DNA of 47,800 nucleotides. It comes from Spirochaetia bacterium. GTDB taxonomy: Bacteria; Spirochaetota; Leptospiria; Turneriellales; JAOUFE01. The notes beneath the pieces were generated by a model. The model saw only the letters and a program-made list of their open reading frames with translations, was not told where the DNA came from and did not search any database. Both the position numbers and the translations under genes were made by a program. The DNA lies in the NCBI GenBank assembly GCA_029858425.1, contig JAOUFE010000001.1:1-47800 (forward strand). The letters are read 5' to 3'. Below are positions 8,930 through 18,206 of the stretch, one piece after another (position 1 is the stretch's first letter; each line of letters starts with the position of its first letter).

Positions 8930-11026
8930 TTACTCCCAAATTGTATCATTAACTTTATCAAATGATTTGCTTGTCAGGGCAAAAATTCCATTCCACCCAT
9001 CTTCAGGAGGCGAGTCAATCAACAGTCCGCATCTTTTAATGAACACCTGAACCACATTATCGTCGGGGCATTTTTGCGAAACCTTCAGAAACTCCGCGCG
9101 AGCTTGTTCAAATTTTCCTGATTTATAGAGTTCACGAGCGGCCTGGAAATCCGAAATACCCGAAAATTTCTGGTTTTGAACATGAGATTCATTTGTATTG
9201 TATATTTCAAAAATATCAATTTGGTGACTTTTCCCTTTTAAATATACGCTGTCAATTTCTCTAAATAAAAATTCATGCGAACTTTTTAAAGCCTGAATAA
9301 CACTACTGCTGGCCAGTATGGGAGTATTGTAGAGTTTGGTTAAATCTTCTATTCGACTGGCAATATTAACATTATCGCCAATCACCGTATATTCCATGCG
9401 AACCGACGAACCTATGTTTCCCGCAAGGACGCTTCCGGTATGTATCCCGATTCCCATTTTCAGGGCGGGCAGTTTTTCCGTTTCAAATGCCAGATTTAGA
9501 ATATCGAGAGCTTTTGACATGGCTATGGCAGATCGTATGGCATTATCACAATGATTTGGAGATTCCAGAGGTACGTTAAAAATGGCCATTACTGCATCTC
9601 CAATATATTTATTTACCAGTCCATGATTCAGGGAAACTTCGTGCGAAAGAGCTTCCAGATACCGGTTTAATATTTTTACAATTAATTCTGGATTATGCTT
9701 TTCCGATAATTCCGTGAATTTGCGAATATCGCAAAATAATATAGTAGCAATTTTTTCCTTACCGCCCATTTCCAGATTACCCTTTAGCATATAGTCCCTT
9801 ATGGCCGGGTCTACGACCTTTCCAAAAGTTTCGGAAACCCGCTCTTTCTCCAGTTGAAGAGTTCTGATTCGATGAGCCAGACCAAACGACAGAATGGTGA
9901 CTTCAAATGCATTCCCGATTTGCATGGAAAAAGGTGTAATAAATGGAATAAAAATATTGGCTGTTTTGGCGCCAAAAATCATTGCTCCAACCAAAAAAAA
10001 TATCCAGGCAAGTAAATAGTATCGCGCTGATTCGCTTCTTCTGGCGGACATAACGCCGACAATGATTTGAAAAATACTCATTCCAATCATCAAAGCAAGC
10101 GTAATCTGAATTCCATAATAAAAACCGGAAGACCAGAGCACCACAACCGGCACAAGCGCAAGGACAATGAAGCCCATAAAAACACGATACAGGCGCGGAA
10201 ATTCTGATTTTACGTTCAAATAACTTGTTGAGAAGAGAATTACAGAAATCATTGCCATGGCTCCAAAATATATTCTTAAATTGCGAAGCATCTCATAATT
10301 CGATGTGTTGATTAGCTCATCAAGATAACCATCCAGTCCTGCCTGCACAATTCCATAGCTAAGAATATAAAGGACATAAAACAAATAACTTTTCTCTCGT
10401 ACCGTCAGAAAAATAAAAAAATTATAAAGAAACATTACAAGGAGAATACCATAGTATAGACCGCTAAAAAACATTTCAATATAGTTCATTCTGGCCATCG
10501 TCAGGGCTGTAATTATTTTGACCGGAAGTTCCATGGTTTCATCGGTGGTTACCCTGAAATAGAAAGTATTTTCATCATCAGCCGCAACTTGTATTGGGGT
10601 AATGATTTTTCGATGCAGTATCGGTCGTTTTTCAAACGCAAAATCCTTACCAAGCTTTATTTCCCTGAATTTACGATTATCGGAAGTTATATAAAGAGCA
10701 AGATGCTCCAAATGCGGAAATTCAAATAACAGATAAATGTCTTTTGTTTTTTGTGTATTATTTATTAACGTAAACTTTCCCCAAATTGCAGATTTTGTAA
10801 AACCAAATGCCGGGTAAGCGCCCTTGTTTAGAACAAATTTATTGCGATATTCCGGACTCACAATGTCCTGAATTGTCAGGCTGGCAGATTTATCTTCATA
10901 CAAAGATAAAAATTTTACCAAATCCGGTTGATTCTTATTATCGGAAGAAGAGACAATCAGCGAATTCCCATATACATTACATACAACGGTGAAAAGAAAT
11001 ATAATGCCAGTAAAAATATTTTTCAT
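8930..11026 (-). CDS. 7TMR-DISM receptor fused to a class III adenylate/guanylate cyclase
   Basis: Signal peptide, extracellular 7TMR-DISMED2-like module and seven hydrophobic helices (ARYYLLAWIFFLVG). Cyclase motifs are ILFCDIRKFTELSE, GDAVMAIF, IGIHTGSVLAGNIGS and YTVIGDNVNIASRIE. Confidence 0.85.
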   Translation of the reverse strand: MKNIFTGIIFLFTVVCNVYGNSLIVSSSDNKNQPDLVKFLSLYEDKSASLTIQDIVSPEYRNKFVLNKGAYPAFGFTKSAIWGKFTLINNTQKTKDIYLLFEFPHLEHLALYITSDNRKFREIKLGKDFAFEKRPILHRKIITPIQVAADDENTFYFRVTTDETMELPVKIITALTMARMNYIEMFFSGLYYGILLVMFLYNFFIFLTVREKSYLFYVLYILSYGIVQAGLDGYLDELINTSNYEMLRNLRIYFGAMAMISVILFSTSYLNVKSEFPRLYRVFMGFIVLALVPVVVLWSSGFYYGIQITLALMIGMSIFQIIVGVMSARRSESARYYLLAWIFFLVGAMIFGAKTANIFIPFITPFSMQIGNAFEVTILSFGLAHRIRTLQLEKERVSETFGKVVDPAIRDYMLKGNLEMGGKEKIATILFCDIRKFTELSEKHNPELIVKILNRYLEALSHEVSLNHGLVNKYIGDAVMAIFNVPLESPNHCDNAIRSAIAMSKALDILNLAFETEKLPALKMGIGIHTGSVLAGNIGSSVRMEYTVIGDNVNIASRIEDLTKLYNTPILASSSVIQALKSSHEFLFREIDSVYLKGKSHQIDIFEIYNTNESHVQNQKFSGISDFQAARELYKSGKFEQARAEFLKVSQKCPDDNVVQVFIKRCGLLIDSPPEDGWNGIFALTSKSFDKVNDTIWE

Positions 11027-11150
11027 AATACCATTTATATTGCTTCTAATCTATGATCAAGCAAGTTTTTTCTCAAACCGATTTTTGTTATTGACACTCT
11101 ATTTTAAGCTTTAAATTCAAAATTATCCACAGGCGTAAAAGGAAAACTCC

Positions 11151-11501
11151 ATGAATAATGAATCCATTGCAAAGCTTGTAACGTACAATCTGGAGAATAT
11201 AACGGTCATTGAAATTGAGGGCAATATTCAACAAACTGAATCAGAAGAGCTGGAAGAAATTCTGCATTTGTTTTATGAGGAAAAAAAAGTGAACATTGTA
11301 ATTGATATGAAAAAAGTTTCCAATATTTGTTCCAGCGCCCTTGGTTTAATGGTGAATTATAAAAAACTTTTAAATGAAAATGGCGGAGATTTAAAAATGG
11401 TGATCAACTCACCCCAGGTTTTTGAACTCTTCAAAATAACCATGATGGACAAGGTCTTTGATACACTCGATAATATTCAAGAGGCTGAAAATGCCTTTTA
11501 G
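11151..11501 (+). CDS. STAS-domain protein (anti-sigma-factor antagonist type)
   Basis: 116 aa. VIDMKKVSNICSSALGLM resembles the SpoIIAA/RsbV phospho-serine region. AAGGA lies upstream of the ATG. Confidence 0.8.
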   Translation: MNNESIAKLVTYNLENITVIEIEGNIQQTESEELEEILHLFYEEKKVNIVIDMKKVSNICSSALGLMVNYKKLLNENGGDLKMVINSPQVFELFKITMMDKVFDTLDNIQEAENAF

Positions 11502-11511
11502 CGATAAATAA

Positions 11512-12504
11512 ATGGTCTCTGAAAACGATCTGTTAATCGAAGTAAAAGATTTACGTAAAGAATTCAAGGTTCTAAAAAAAAATCCCGGCCTTGCAGGTGC
11601 GCTCAGATCGCTTTTCTCGCGAAATTACCAGATAATTGAAGCTATCAAAGACATCTCATTTTCGATTCATCAGGGAGAACTGGTCGGATATGTCGGACCC
11701 AACGGGGCTGGAAAGTCCACAACCATTAAAATACTATGCGGGATTCTTTTTCCGACTTCCGGAATTATTAAAGTTGCGGGATTTACTCCAAGTATTGATC
11801 GCAGAAAATTTGCAATGAAGCTGGGCGTAATGTTTGGGCAAAGAACCCAACTTTGGTGGGATTTGCCTGTCAGCGAGTCTTTTGATTTATTAAAATCTAT
11901 ATATAAAATCGAAATAAACGCTTATAGGAAAAATCTGGAATTTTTTAATGATATATTTGGTTTGTCTGAATTTTGGGGTCAGCCTGTCAGAAGGTTATCC
12001 CTCGGCCAGCGGGTTAGGGCAGATCTGGCCGCCGCCCTCATACATGATCCAAATGTATTATTGCTGGATGAACCAACAATTGGGCTTGATGTTCTGGCGC
12101 GCTCGCGATTTCGGGAATTAATAAAAATGGTAAACAGGGAAAAAAAAACTACCATTTTACTTACGAGCCATGACCTTGGCGATATTGAAATGATCGTGCA
12201 CAGGTTGATTTTAATTGACAAAGGGGCTGTCAAATATGACGGCACGTTAAAAAAATTCCTGAAAGATTATGGCGGACAAAAAAATTTATTGATAAATTTT
12301 TCAAGCCCGCCCCGGATAGTGAGGCTTCCCGCTGGAGCTGAAATCCTGAATCTTAAGGATAATTTTCTGGAAATAAAAATAGATACAGCGCATATTTCCT
12401 ACCATGATTTGCTGAAAGTTTTGCCCAAATGGGGAAATGTTATTGATATTCAGCTTGAAAGCGATTCCCTGGAAACCATACTCTCGGATTTATATAAAAA
12501 ATAA
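11512..12504 (+). CDS. ABC transporter ATP-binding protein
   Basis: Walker A GPNGAGKST, signature LSLGQRVR, Walker B LLLDEPT. Confidence 0.9.
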   Translation: MVSENDLLIEVKDLRKEFKVLKKNPGLAGALRSLFSRNYQIIEAIKDISFSIHQGELVGYVGPNGAGKSTTIKILCGILFPTSGIIKVAGFTPSIDRRKFAMKLGVMFGQRTQLWWDLPVSESFDLLKSIYKIEINAYRKNLEFFNDIFGLSEFWGQPVRRLSLGQRVRADLAAALIHDPNVLLLDEPTIGLDVLARSRFRELIKMVNREKKTTILLTSHDLGDIEMIVHRLILIDKGAVKYDGTLKKFLKDYGGQKNLLINFSSPPRIVRLPAGAEILNLKDNFLEIKIDTAHISYHDLLKVLPKWGNVIDIQLESDSLETILSDLYKK

Positions 12505-13280
12505 TGGAAACCTTTATAAAGTGGGCGTTTAAAAGTTTTCAAAGAAATCTGGCATACCGACTGGAGTATTTCGTTTCCATTTTTAATGCATTGCTATATA
12601 TATTTATTTTTACTTCGGTCTGGAAAGCCTTGTTTCCTGAAACAGGAACCCGGTTTGGCATGAGCCGTCAATTGATGATAAATTATGCAGTATTTGTAAC
12701 GCTGATTAAAACCACTCTTGTTAAATCGCGAGACTTGATTGGCGAGCGAGTCCGAAGCGGAGAAATCGCTCTTGACCTGATCAAGCCGTTTCCTTTACCG
12801 CTGATGACCCTTGCCGATGCGATTGGATCGGTAATCTTTCAAATATTTTCAAGATCCATACCTTTAATTCTGGTATCTGTTTTAATTTTTCACATAACGT
12901 CGCCGGCCGGCATGGATAGTTTCTTTTTCCTCAGCTATCTACTGGCATTTTTAATTTTTAATTCTATATTGTTTATCTTTGGGGTTGCGTCTTTCTATAT
13001 CACCGAGAATTTTCCGTTATGGCTTTTAAACTCGGCTGGAATATCCCTGCTTTCAGGCTCCATTATACCGCTGGAAATTCTGCCTGTTGTTGTGCGAAAA
13101 ATCGCTCTTTTTACTCCCTATCCGTATATTTTTTACATACCCACCATGAAACTATTGCGAAATGAATACCCGATAGATTATGCCATTTTAAGACAGGTGC
13201 TGTGCCTGTGTATTACCTACGGCATCGGACTTGCCATGTATCAGGCAGGGAAACGAAGGCTGCAAATTCAGGGCGGTTAA
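12504..13280 (+). CDS. ABC-2 type transporter permease
   Basis: Six hydrophobic segments. The start overlaps the ATPase stop (TAATG), suggesting translational coupling. Confidence 0.7.
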   Translation: METFIKWAFKSFQRNLAYRLEYFVSIFNALLYIFIFTSVWKALFPETGTRFGMSRQLMINYAVFVTLIKTTLVKSRDLIGERVRSGEIALDLIKPFPLPLMTLADAIGSVIFQIFSRSIPLILVSVLIFHITSPAGMDSFFFLSYLLAFLIFNSILFIFGVASFYITENFPLWLLNSAGISLLSGSIIPLEILPVVVRKIALFTPYPYIFYIPTMKLLRNEYPIDYAILRQVLCLCITYGIGLAMYQAGKRRLQIQGG

Positions 13281-13331
13281 AGATTCTTGTTGACGCGACA
13301 AAATCTTGTCTGGGCATAACATTAAATATAT

Positions 13332-14861
13332 ATGAACAATCCATATTACCTTACAACGCCTATATATTATGTTAACGCGAAACCTCATCTGGGGCATATT
13401 TATACGACGATGCTTTGCGACGTAATGGTTCAATACCAGAAACTATTGGGTAAAGATGCAATGTTTCTTACCGGCGTGGATGAACATGGCGATAAAATTG
13501 TTAAAGCAGCTGCCTCGGCATCGCTGTCTGTTCAGGATTATGTGGATTTAATTTCAGGCGAATTCCAAAACGTATGGAAGAACCTTCACATCCAGAATAA
13601 TGATTTTATTCGTACAACTGAAGAGAGACATAAAAAAGTCGTACAAAATATTTTACAAACACTTTTTGACAAGGGTGATATCTACCTGAGCCAGTACGAA
13701 GGTTATTATTGTTTTGGATGCGAGAGATATTTAACTGAAAAAGAAATGGACTCAGAAGGCAAATGCCCCGACCATCAGATAGAACCGGAAATCATAAAAG
13801 AAAGCAATTATTTTTTCAAGCTGCAAAAATATCTTCCCAGATGGGAAACCATGCTCAAGAATAATAGCAACCTGATTCAACCAGATCAATACTATAAAGA
13901 AATTCTGGGAACCATTCATGAGTTAATGAAAACCGGAGAAGACCTGTCCATTTCAAGACCGGTAAAACGCCTGCAATGGGGAATCCCCATTCCATTTGAC
14001 GAGCAATTTGTTACCTACGTATGGTTTGATGCTCTGGTAAATTATATATCCGCTCTGGATTATCCGGATGGAGAAAAATTTCATACATACTGGCCGCAAG
14101 CCCATCATATGATTGCCAAAGATATCCTCAAGCCACATGGAATATTCTGGCCCGCCATGCTGATGGCAGCCGATATAGAAATATTTCAAAATCTTTATGT
14201 CCATGGATACTGGCTTGGTTTAAACGATTTAAAAATGTCCAAATCCATGCAGAATGCCTTTAATCCTCTGGATTTAATTCATTCTATAGGTCTGGATTCA
14301 TTTAGATATTTTCTTATGAAAGAAATGACTTTTGGGAGCGATTCAAAATTTACCGATGAAGCATTAAAAAATCGTCTGAATCAGGATCTTTCCAATAATC
14401 TCGGCAATTTAATCCAGAGAACGCTTTCCATGATTAAAAAATATTGCAACGGGAATATACCTCCAAAAAATCCGGAAATGGATTATATCATAAAGCCAGC
14501 GAATTTGCTATCGGATGCAAGCAAAAATTATCACTCATGTATGCAAACCTTTCAATTCAGCAAGGCGCTCGATAATATTTTAGAAATTATTGACTTATTA
14601 AATAAATCCATCGAGGAAAAAAAACCCTGGGCGCTTGCAAAAACCAATGATCCGGAATTATTACCTTTTTTGCGACTCCTGATGGATGGCATTGGATTTT
14701 GCATGCATTACATGAAACCATTTCTTGCAGAGAAATTCCGGTTATTTACGGAAATCACGGGTTTAACTGTTAGAGAAAACTTTCCAGGAAAATTACAGGA
14801 AATATTATATAACGAAAGTTTGCCTGAAAACTGGGAGATCTTATTTCCCCGAATAGATTAA
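13332..14861 (+). CDS. metG: Methionine--tRNA ligase (short form, no C-terminal tRNA-binding extension)
   Basis: HIGH-type motif PHLGHIYT, KMSKS motif, and knuckle CFGCERY...CPDH. Confidence 0.95.
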   Translation: MNNPYYLTTPIYYVNAKPHLGHIYTTMLCDVMVQYQKLLGKDAMFLTGVDEHGDKIVKAAASASLSVQDYVDLISGEFQNVWKNLHIQNNDFIRTTEERHKKVVQNILQTLFDKGDIYLSQYEGYYCFGCERYLTEKEMDSEGKCPDHQIEPEIIKESNYFFKLQKYLPRWETMLKNNSNLIQPDQYYKEILGTIHELMKTGEDLSISRPVKRLQWGIPIPFDEQFVTYVWFDALVNYISALDYPDGEKFHTYWPQAHHMIAKDILKPHGIFWPAMLMAADIEIFQNLYVHGYWLGLNDLKMSKSMQNAFNPLDLIHSIGLDSFRYFLMKEMTFGSDSKFTDEALKNRLNQDLSNNLGNLIQRTLSMIKKYCNGNIPPKNPEMDYIIKPANLLSDASKNYHSCMQTFQFSKALDNILEIIDLLNKSIEEKKPWALAKTNDPELLPFLRLLMDGIGFCMHYMKPFLAEKFRLFTEITGLTVRENFPGKLQEILYNESLPENWEILFPRID

Positions 14862-15925
14862 TTCAAAAGAATATCTGCAATTGCCTGATGAGCATTCAGG
14901 GGAAAAGAAATTCTATCCGGATTATTTTTTGTGGATATTTTTTTTTGATTACTTTCAATAATACTCATAACAATACCGGCTGCCTCAAGGGCATTAAATG
15001 GTTTTAAATTTATTGTATGATATTGACTTGATACATTTGACAACGTCTGGGCATTAAACAGTTGATGGTTGGCGGCAGCATACGGATATGGAATAAAAAA
15101 CGCCGGTGTTTGAGACCAGAGTATTTCATAAAGAACCCCGCTTCCGGATCTGGAAATAATGTACTCAGAGGATTTCATTTTTTCCGGAATATCTTCGATA
15201 AAGGGAAAAATATCATCAGCTGATCTGGCGCCGGTTTTCATCAGTTCGAAATCTTTCTGACCTGTTGAGACAATAAACTTCCAGTTTTTAAAAAATTCCA
15301 GGCGGGACATCTCAAGATATAAACTATTAATGTCTTTAGCTCCCTGTGAGCCTCCCAAAAACAATATTGTTTTCTTTGACTTTGTTGCTTTCGTTTTTTC
15401 AGGACGCCAGTTTAAAAAATTTTGTCTGAGCGGATTGCCGACAAGTATTTCATTTTTTTTATAAGCGCCCCGCGGAAATGACAAAAATACATGTGTTGCT
15501 TTCCTGGAAAATAATCGCGTAATAAAACCGGCTCTGGAATTTTGCTCATGCATACAATACGGAATTTTTTTAATGACTGCAAAAAGCAATGCGGGGAATA
15601 CCGGGTATCCTCCAAATGCACAAACAAGATCTGGTTTGTCTTTTTTGAATAAATGCTTCATAATCTTCCAGCTATAAATTATCTCTCCGATAAATCTATA
15701 TAGCAATGCGAAGGATTTTGGAATGGGAGAGGCTTTATAAAATACCACATTTGTATAATTTTTTTGAAGATTTACAATAGAGGGATAGCCCTTGTTTTTT
15801 TCCAGAGATAAAAATAATGGATGTGCATTTCGATGTGTCAATTCCTGAAAAATCGAAATGGCTGGAGATATATGCCCGCCGGTTCCACCGCAAACCAGCC
15901 AGATATTTTTCGCTCCGGATTTCAT
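14858..15925 (-). CDS. murG: UDP-N-acetylglucosamine--N-acetylmuramyl-(pentapeptide) pyrophosphoryl-undecaprenol GlcNAc transferase MurG
   Basis: GGTGGHISPAISI near the N-terminus, and GGSQGA. Confidence 0.9.
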   Translation of the reverse strand: MKSGAKNIWLVCGGTGGHISPAISIFQELTHRNAHPLFLSLEKNKGYPSIVNLQKNYTNVVFYKASPIPKSFALLYRFIGEIIYSWKIMKHLFKKDKPDLVCAFGGYPVFPALLFAVIKKIPYCMHEQNSRAGFITRLFSRKATHVFLSFPRGAYKKNEILVGNPLRQNFLNWRPEKTKATKSKKTILFLGGSQGAKDINSLYLEMSRLEFFKNWKFIVSTGQKDFELMKTGARSADDIFPFIEDIPEKMKSSEYIISRSGSGVLYEILWSQTPAFFIPYPYAAANHQLFNAQTLSNVSSQYHTINLKPFNALEAAGIVMSIIESNQKKISTKNNPDRISFPLNAHQAIADILLN

Positions 15926-17191
15926 TTATGGGTGCGTATGAATACCAAGGGCAAATTCTGAATCCTGTATCAGAGATCGAGCTCGCAAGATCAAGGCATC
16001 ATGGCTGTTTCCGGTTTTTTCATTTTTTACTTCATAAAGTAAAGTATTTAGAATTTTACCCATAAAAGGCCCCTCGGTCAACCCCATATCCATAAGATTC
16101 CTCCCGTTTATTTCCAGATCTGTTACCTTTAATTCCATATCTTTCATAATGACATCGTCAATATGATCGATTAATTTCTGAAGTTTTTTGGGGAATGGGT
16201 TTGTTTTTCCCGATCCTACCCGGTCTGACTTCCTGAGTAAGATTAAATTTGCGAGGTCTTCGCGGGAAACTTTCCTTAAAAATCTTCGAATTGCCTTGTC
16301 TGACCATTCATCGGTATAATGGAACATATGATTGCGTACATAATATTTAATTTTCATGCCAAGCGGTTTTGGAATTCCAAATCTTTTCATTACCGGTACA
16401 AGCATGTGGGATGAGACAATTTCATGATTATAAAATGTAGCTTCTCCGTTTTCCTTTACTCTTCTCGTGGGAACTTTTCCAATATCATGTAAAAGCGCTG
16501 AAAACCTCAAGACAATATCCGGAATTTCCATCGAATCGCAGGATCGTACAAGATGTTCAAATATATCATATTTATGATATTTGTTCTGGGACAAATTTTT
16601 GCCGGCAGCTACCTCCGGTAAAATTTTTGTCAGGATGCCCAGTTCATCCAGAAAGAAAAAACCGGCGGAAGGTTTTTTGGATAAAACAATTTGTTCAATG
16701 TAGAATCTGCGGTTTGCAAACGGGATCTCTATAAAATTATCATTAATATGTAAACTTTCCGGTTTTGCGCAGGAGATATCCGGAAAACAAGAGATGAAGC
16801 CAGCAGCGCTCAAAGCATCATCTGTTTGAATTGTTTGATTTAAAATAATATTTTGCCCATCAATGCGATAGCCATGGGTTGCAGGAGGAAAACATTTTGA
16901 AAAATGAATTCCAACGGATCTGTTTTCTGTACTGTAAACGACCAAAAGCGCGCGGTCAAGATGATTTTCCGAATCTTGTTTCCATGTTGCGCTTAATTCG
17001 AGGTATTTTTTTTCCTCAAGCATAAATCTGACCGGAAAAACAAATAATTCTTCAAAAGTTTTACCATCTTCCAATTCTTTGAAGGCCTGGTTTTTTTCAA
17101 CTGAATCCAGCGATAATGCCAGATTCAAAATATTTTTTTGATTGGGTGACAGGAAGAGATCCAGGGCAGCATTCTCAAATTTAAGAAACAT
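15926..17191 (-). CDS. HD-domain phosphohydrolase resembling the body plus HD part of CCA-adding enzymes, with an unassigned N-terminal ~170 aa
   Basis: FFFLDELGILTKILPEV, QNKYHKYDIFEHL, ALLHDIGK and FYNHE. The stop abuts the murG start with no gap. Confidence 0.7.
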   Translation of the reverse strand: MFLKFENAALDLFLSPNQKNILNLALSLDSVEKNQAFKELEDGKTFEELFVFPVRFMLEEKKYLELSATWKQDSENHLDRALLVVYSTENRSVGIHFSKCFPPATHGYRIDGQNIILNQTIQTDDALSAAGFISCFPDISCAKPESLHINDNFIEIPFANRRFYIEQIVLSKKPSAGFFFLDELGILTKILPEVAAGKNLSQNKYHKYDIFEHLVRSCDSMEIPDIVLRFSALLHDIGKVPTRRVKENGEATFYNHEIVSSHMLVPVMKRFGIPKPLGMKIKYYVRNHMFHYTDEWSDKAIRRFLRKVSREDLANLILLRKSDRVGSGKTNPFPKKLQKLIDHIDDVIMKDMELKVTDLEINGRNLMDMGLTEGPFMGKILNTLLYEVKNEKTGNSHDALILRARSLIQDSEFALGIHTHP

Positions 17192-17193
17192 GA

Positions 17194-18015
17194 TTAAAAA
17201 TTGCTCTTTTGAAAAACTAAAAAAACCGTATCAGAAAACGCACACTTTGTCTGAATTTTGCTGTAGAAGTACTTCAAAAAAAATATATCTCCTCGAGGAA
17301 ATCTTTCCGGATGAATTCCCTCCGGATATATACTCATCAATTTAAATCCAAACATGCTGCAAATCTTTTTAATGCCGCTGCGGGTATAATCAATAAAATG
17401 ATCGGCTGGATGATTTTTTATCCATTCATTCATATGAAAATACAACCCTGGTCCAAAAGCATAGGGAATGGAAAGAATTAAAAACCCGTTATCTTTGATT
17501 AGCTTTGAAAAAGCCTGCCAGACTTGCTTTTGCGAGACAAAATGTTCTATGACATAAAATGCTCCAACGACATCATATTGTTCAGAAGATTTCTTCAACA
17601 GAGAAAAAAAATCTCCCTGGATTGTCCTGTTCCCGCAGGAATTGGCGTATTCTGTCATATATTTGGAAATTTCCCATCCCCTTGCCATCATTCCTTCTTT
17701 TTCTGCAATTTCCAGAAAGTACCCGGCAGCGGAACCTATTTCAAGCAATGTTTTATTCCTGAAATCAGGAACATATTGCGATAAATACTGCAATCGCTGC
17801 CGCATTTTTGATTGAATATTTTTTTTATCATCAAAATAACTTTTTCCGTATTGTTTTCTGTATTCGCCCTCAAAATAATTATCTTCGTAGACAATTTTTT
17901 GATAATGGGCATTAAATATATTCTTGCATGCAGGGCATTGATAAAAATGAGCACGCCATTGTTTTAATGGCTTATCGCAAAATACACACTCGTTGTTTTG
18001 TGAATCTCTGCTCAT
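17194..18015 (-). CDS. Class I SAM-dependent methyltransferase with N-terminal zinc-ribbon
   Basis: CVFCDKPL...CPACKNIF, then SAM motif I LLEIGSAAGYF and DVVGAFYVIEH. Confidence 0.75.
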   Translation of the reverse strand: MSRDSQNNECVFCDKPLKQWRAHFYQCPACKNIFNAHYQKIVYEDNYFEGEYRKQYGKSYFDDKKNIQSKMRQRLQYLSQYVPDFRNKTLLEIGSAAGYFLEIAEKEGMMARGWEISKYMTEYANSCGNRTIQGDFFSLLKKSSEQYDVVGAFYVIEHFVSQKQVWQAFSKLIKDNGFLILSIPYAFGPGLYFHMNEWIKNHPADHFIDYTRSGIKKICSMFGFKLMSIYPEGIHPERFPRGDIFFLKYFYSKIQTKCAFSDTVFLVFQKSNF

Positions 18016-18063
18016 TTATGGAAATCCATCCAAATCTCCCGAAAATGCAGAAGAGAGGTCTTG

Positions 18064-18080
18064 TCCATTTTTTAATATTC
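18064..18080 (+). repeat. 17-bp direct repeat TCCATTTTTTAATATTC, left copy flanking element B
   Basis: Identical to 18207-18223. Confidence 0.9.
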
Positions 18081-18206
18081 GAGCTTGGGCCGGAACTCGT
18101 AATTCAGTCAGAAAGATTTAAATTAGCGCGGTTTTGGTGCGCGAAGCGCCCCAAAACCGCGCATTTTAATACATTCTGACGTGAATATTGAGGTTCCAGC
18201 CTAAGT
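18081..18206 (-). repeat. Palindromic intergenic element, copy B (inverted relative to A, with an extra GC-rich inner hairpin)
   Basis: The reverse complement aligns to copy A along both arms (GGAACTCGTAATTCAGTCAGAAAG ... CATTCTGACGTGAATATTGAGGTTCC). The centre carries GCGCGGTTTTGGTGCGC-GAA-GCGCCCCAAAACCGCGC (18126-18162), in which 16 of 17 positions pair. Copy A lacks this insert. Confidence 0.75.

Noticed and set aside
11123-11131. Perfect DnaA box TTATCCACA upstream of the STAS gene, as a possible oriC
   Set aside because: It is a single isolated box 12 kb from dnaA, with no clustered partners or adjacent AT-rich unwinding element visible. A single 9-mer match is expected by chance or as a minor regulatory site.
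13283-13331. Hairpin AAGATTCTTGT-TGACGCG-ACAAAATCTT and a TTGACG -35-like hexamer between the ABC permease gene and metG
   Set aside because: The stem has a bulge and no U-tract, and no convincing -10 lies at proper spacing. It may be a weak terminator or promoter, but the sequence alone does not support that.
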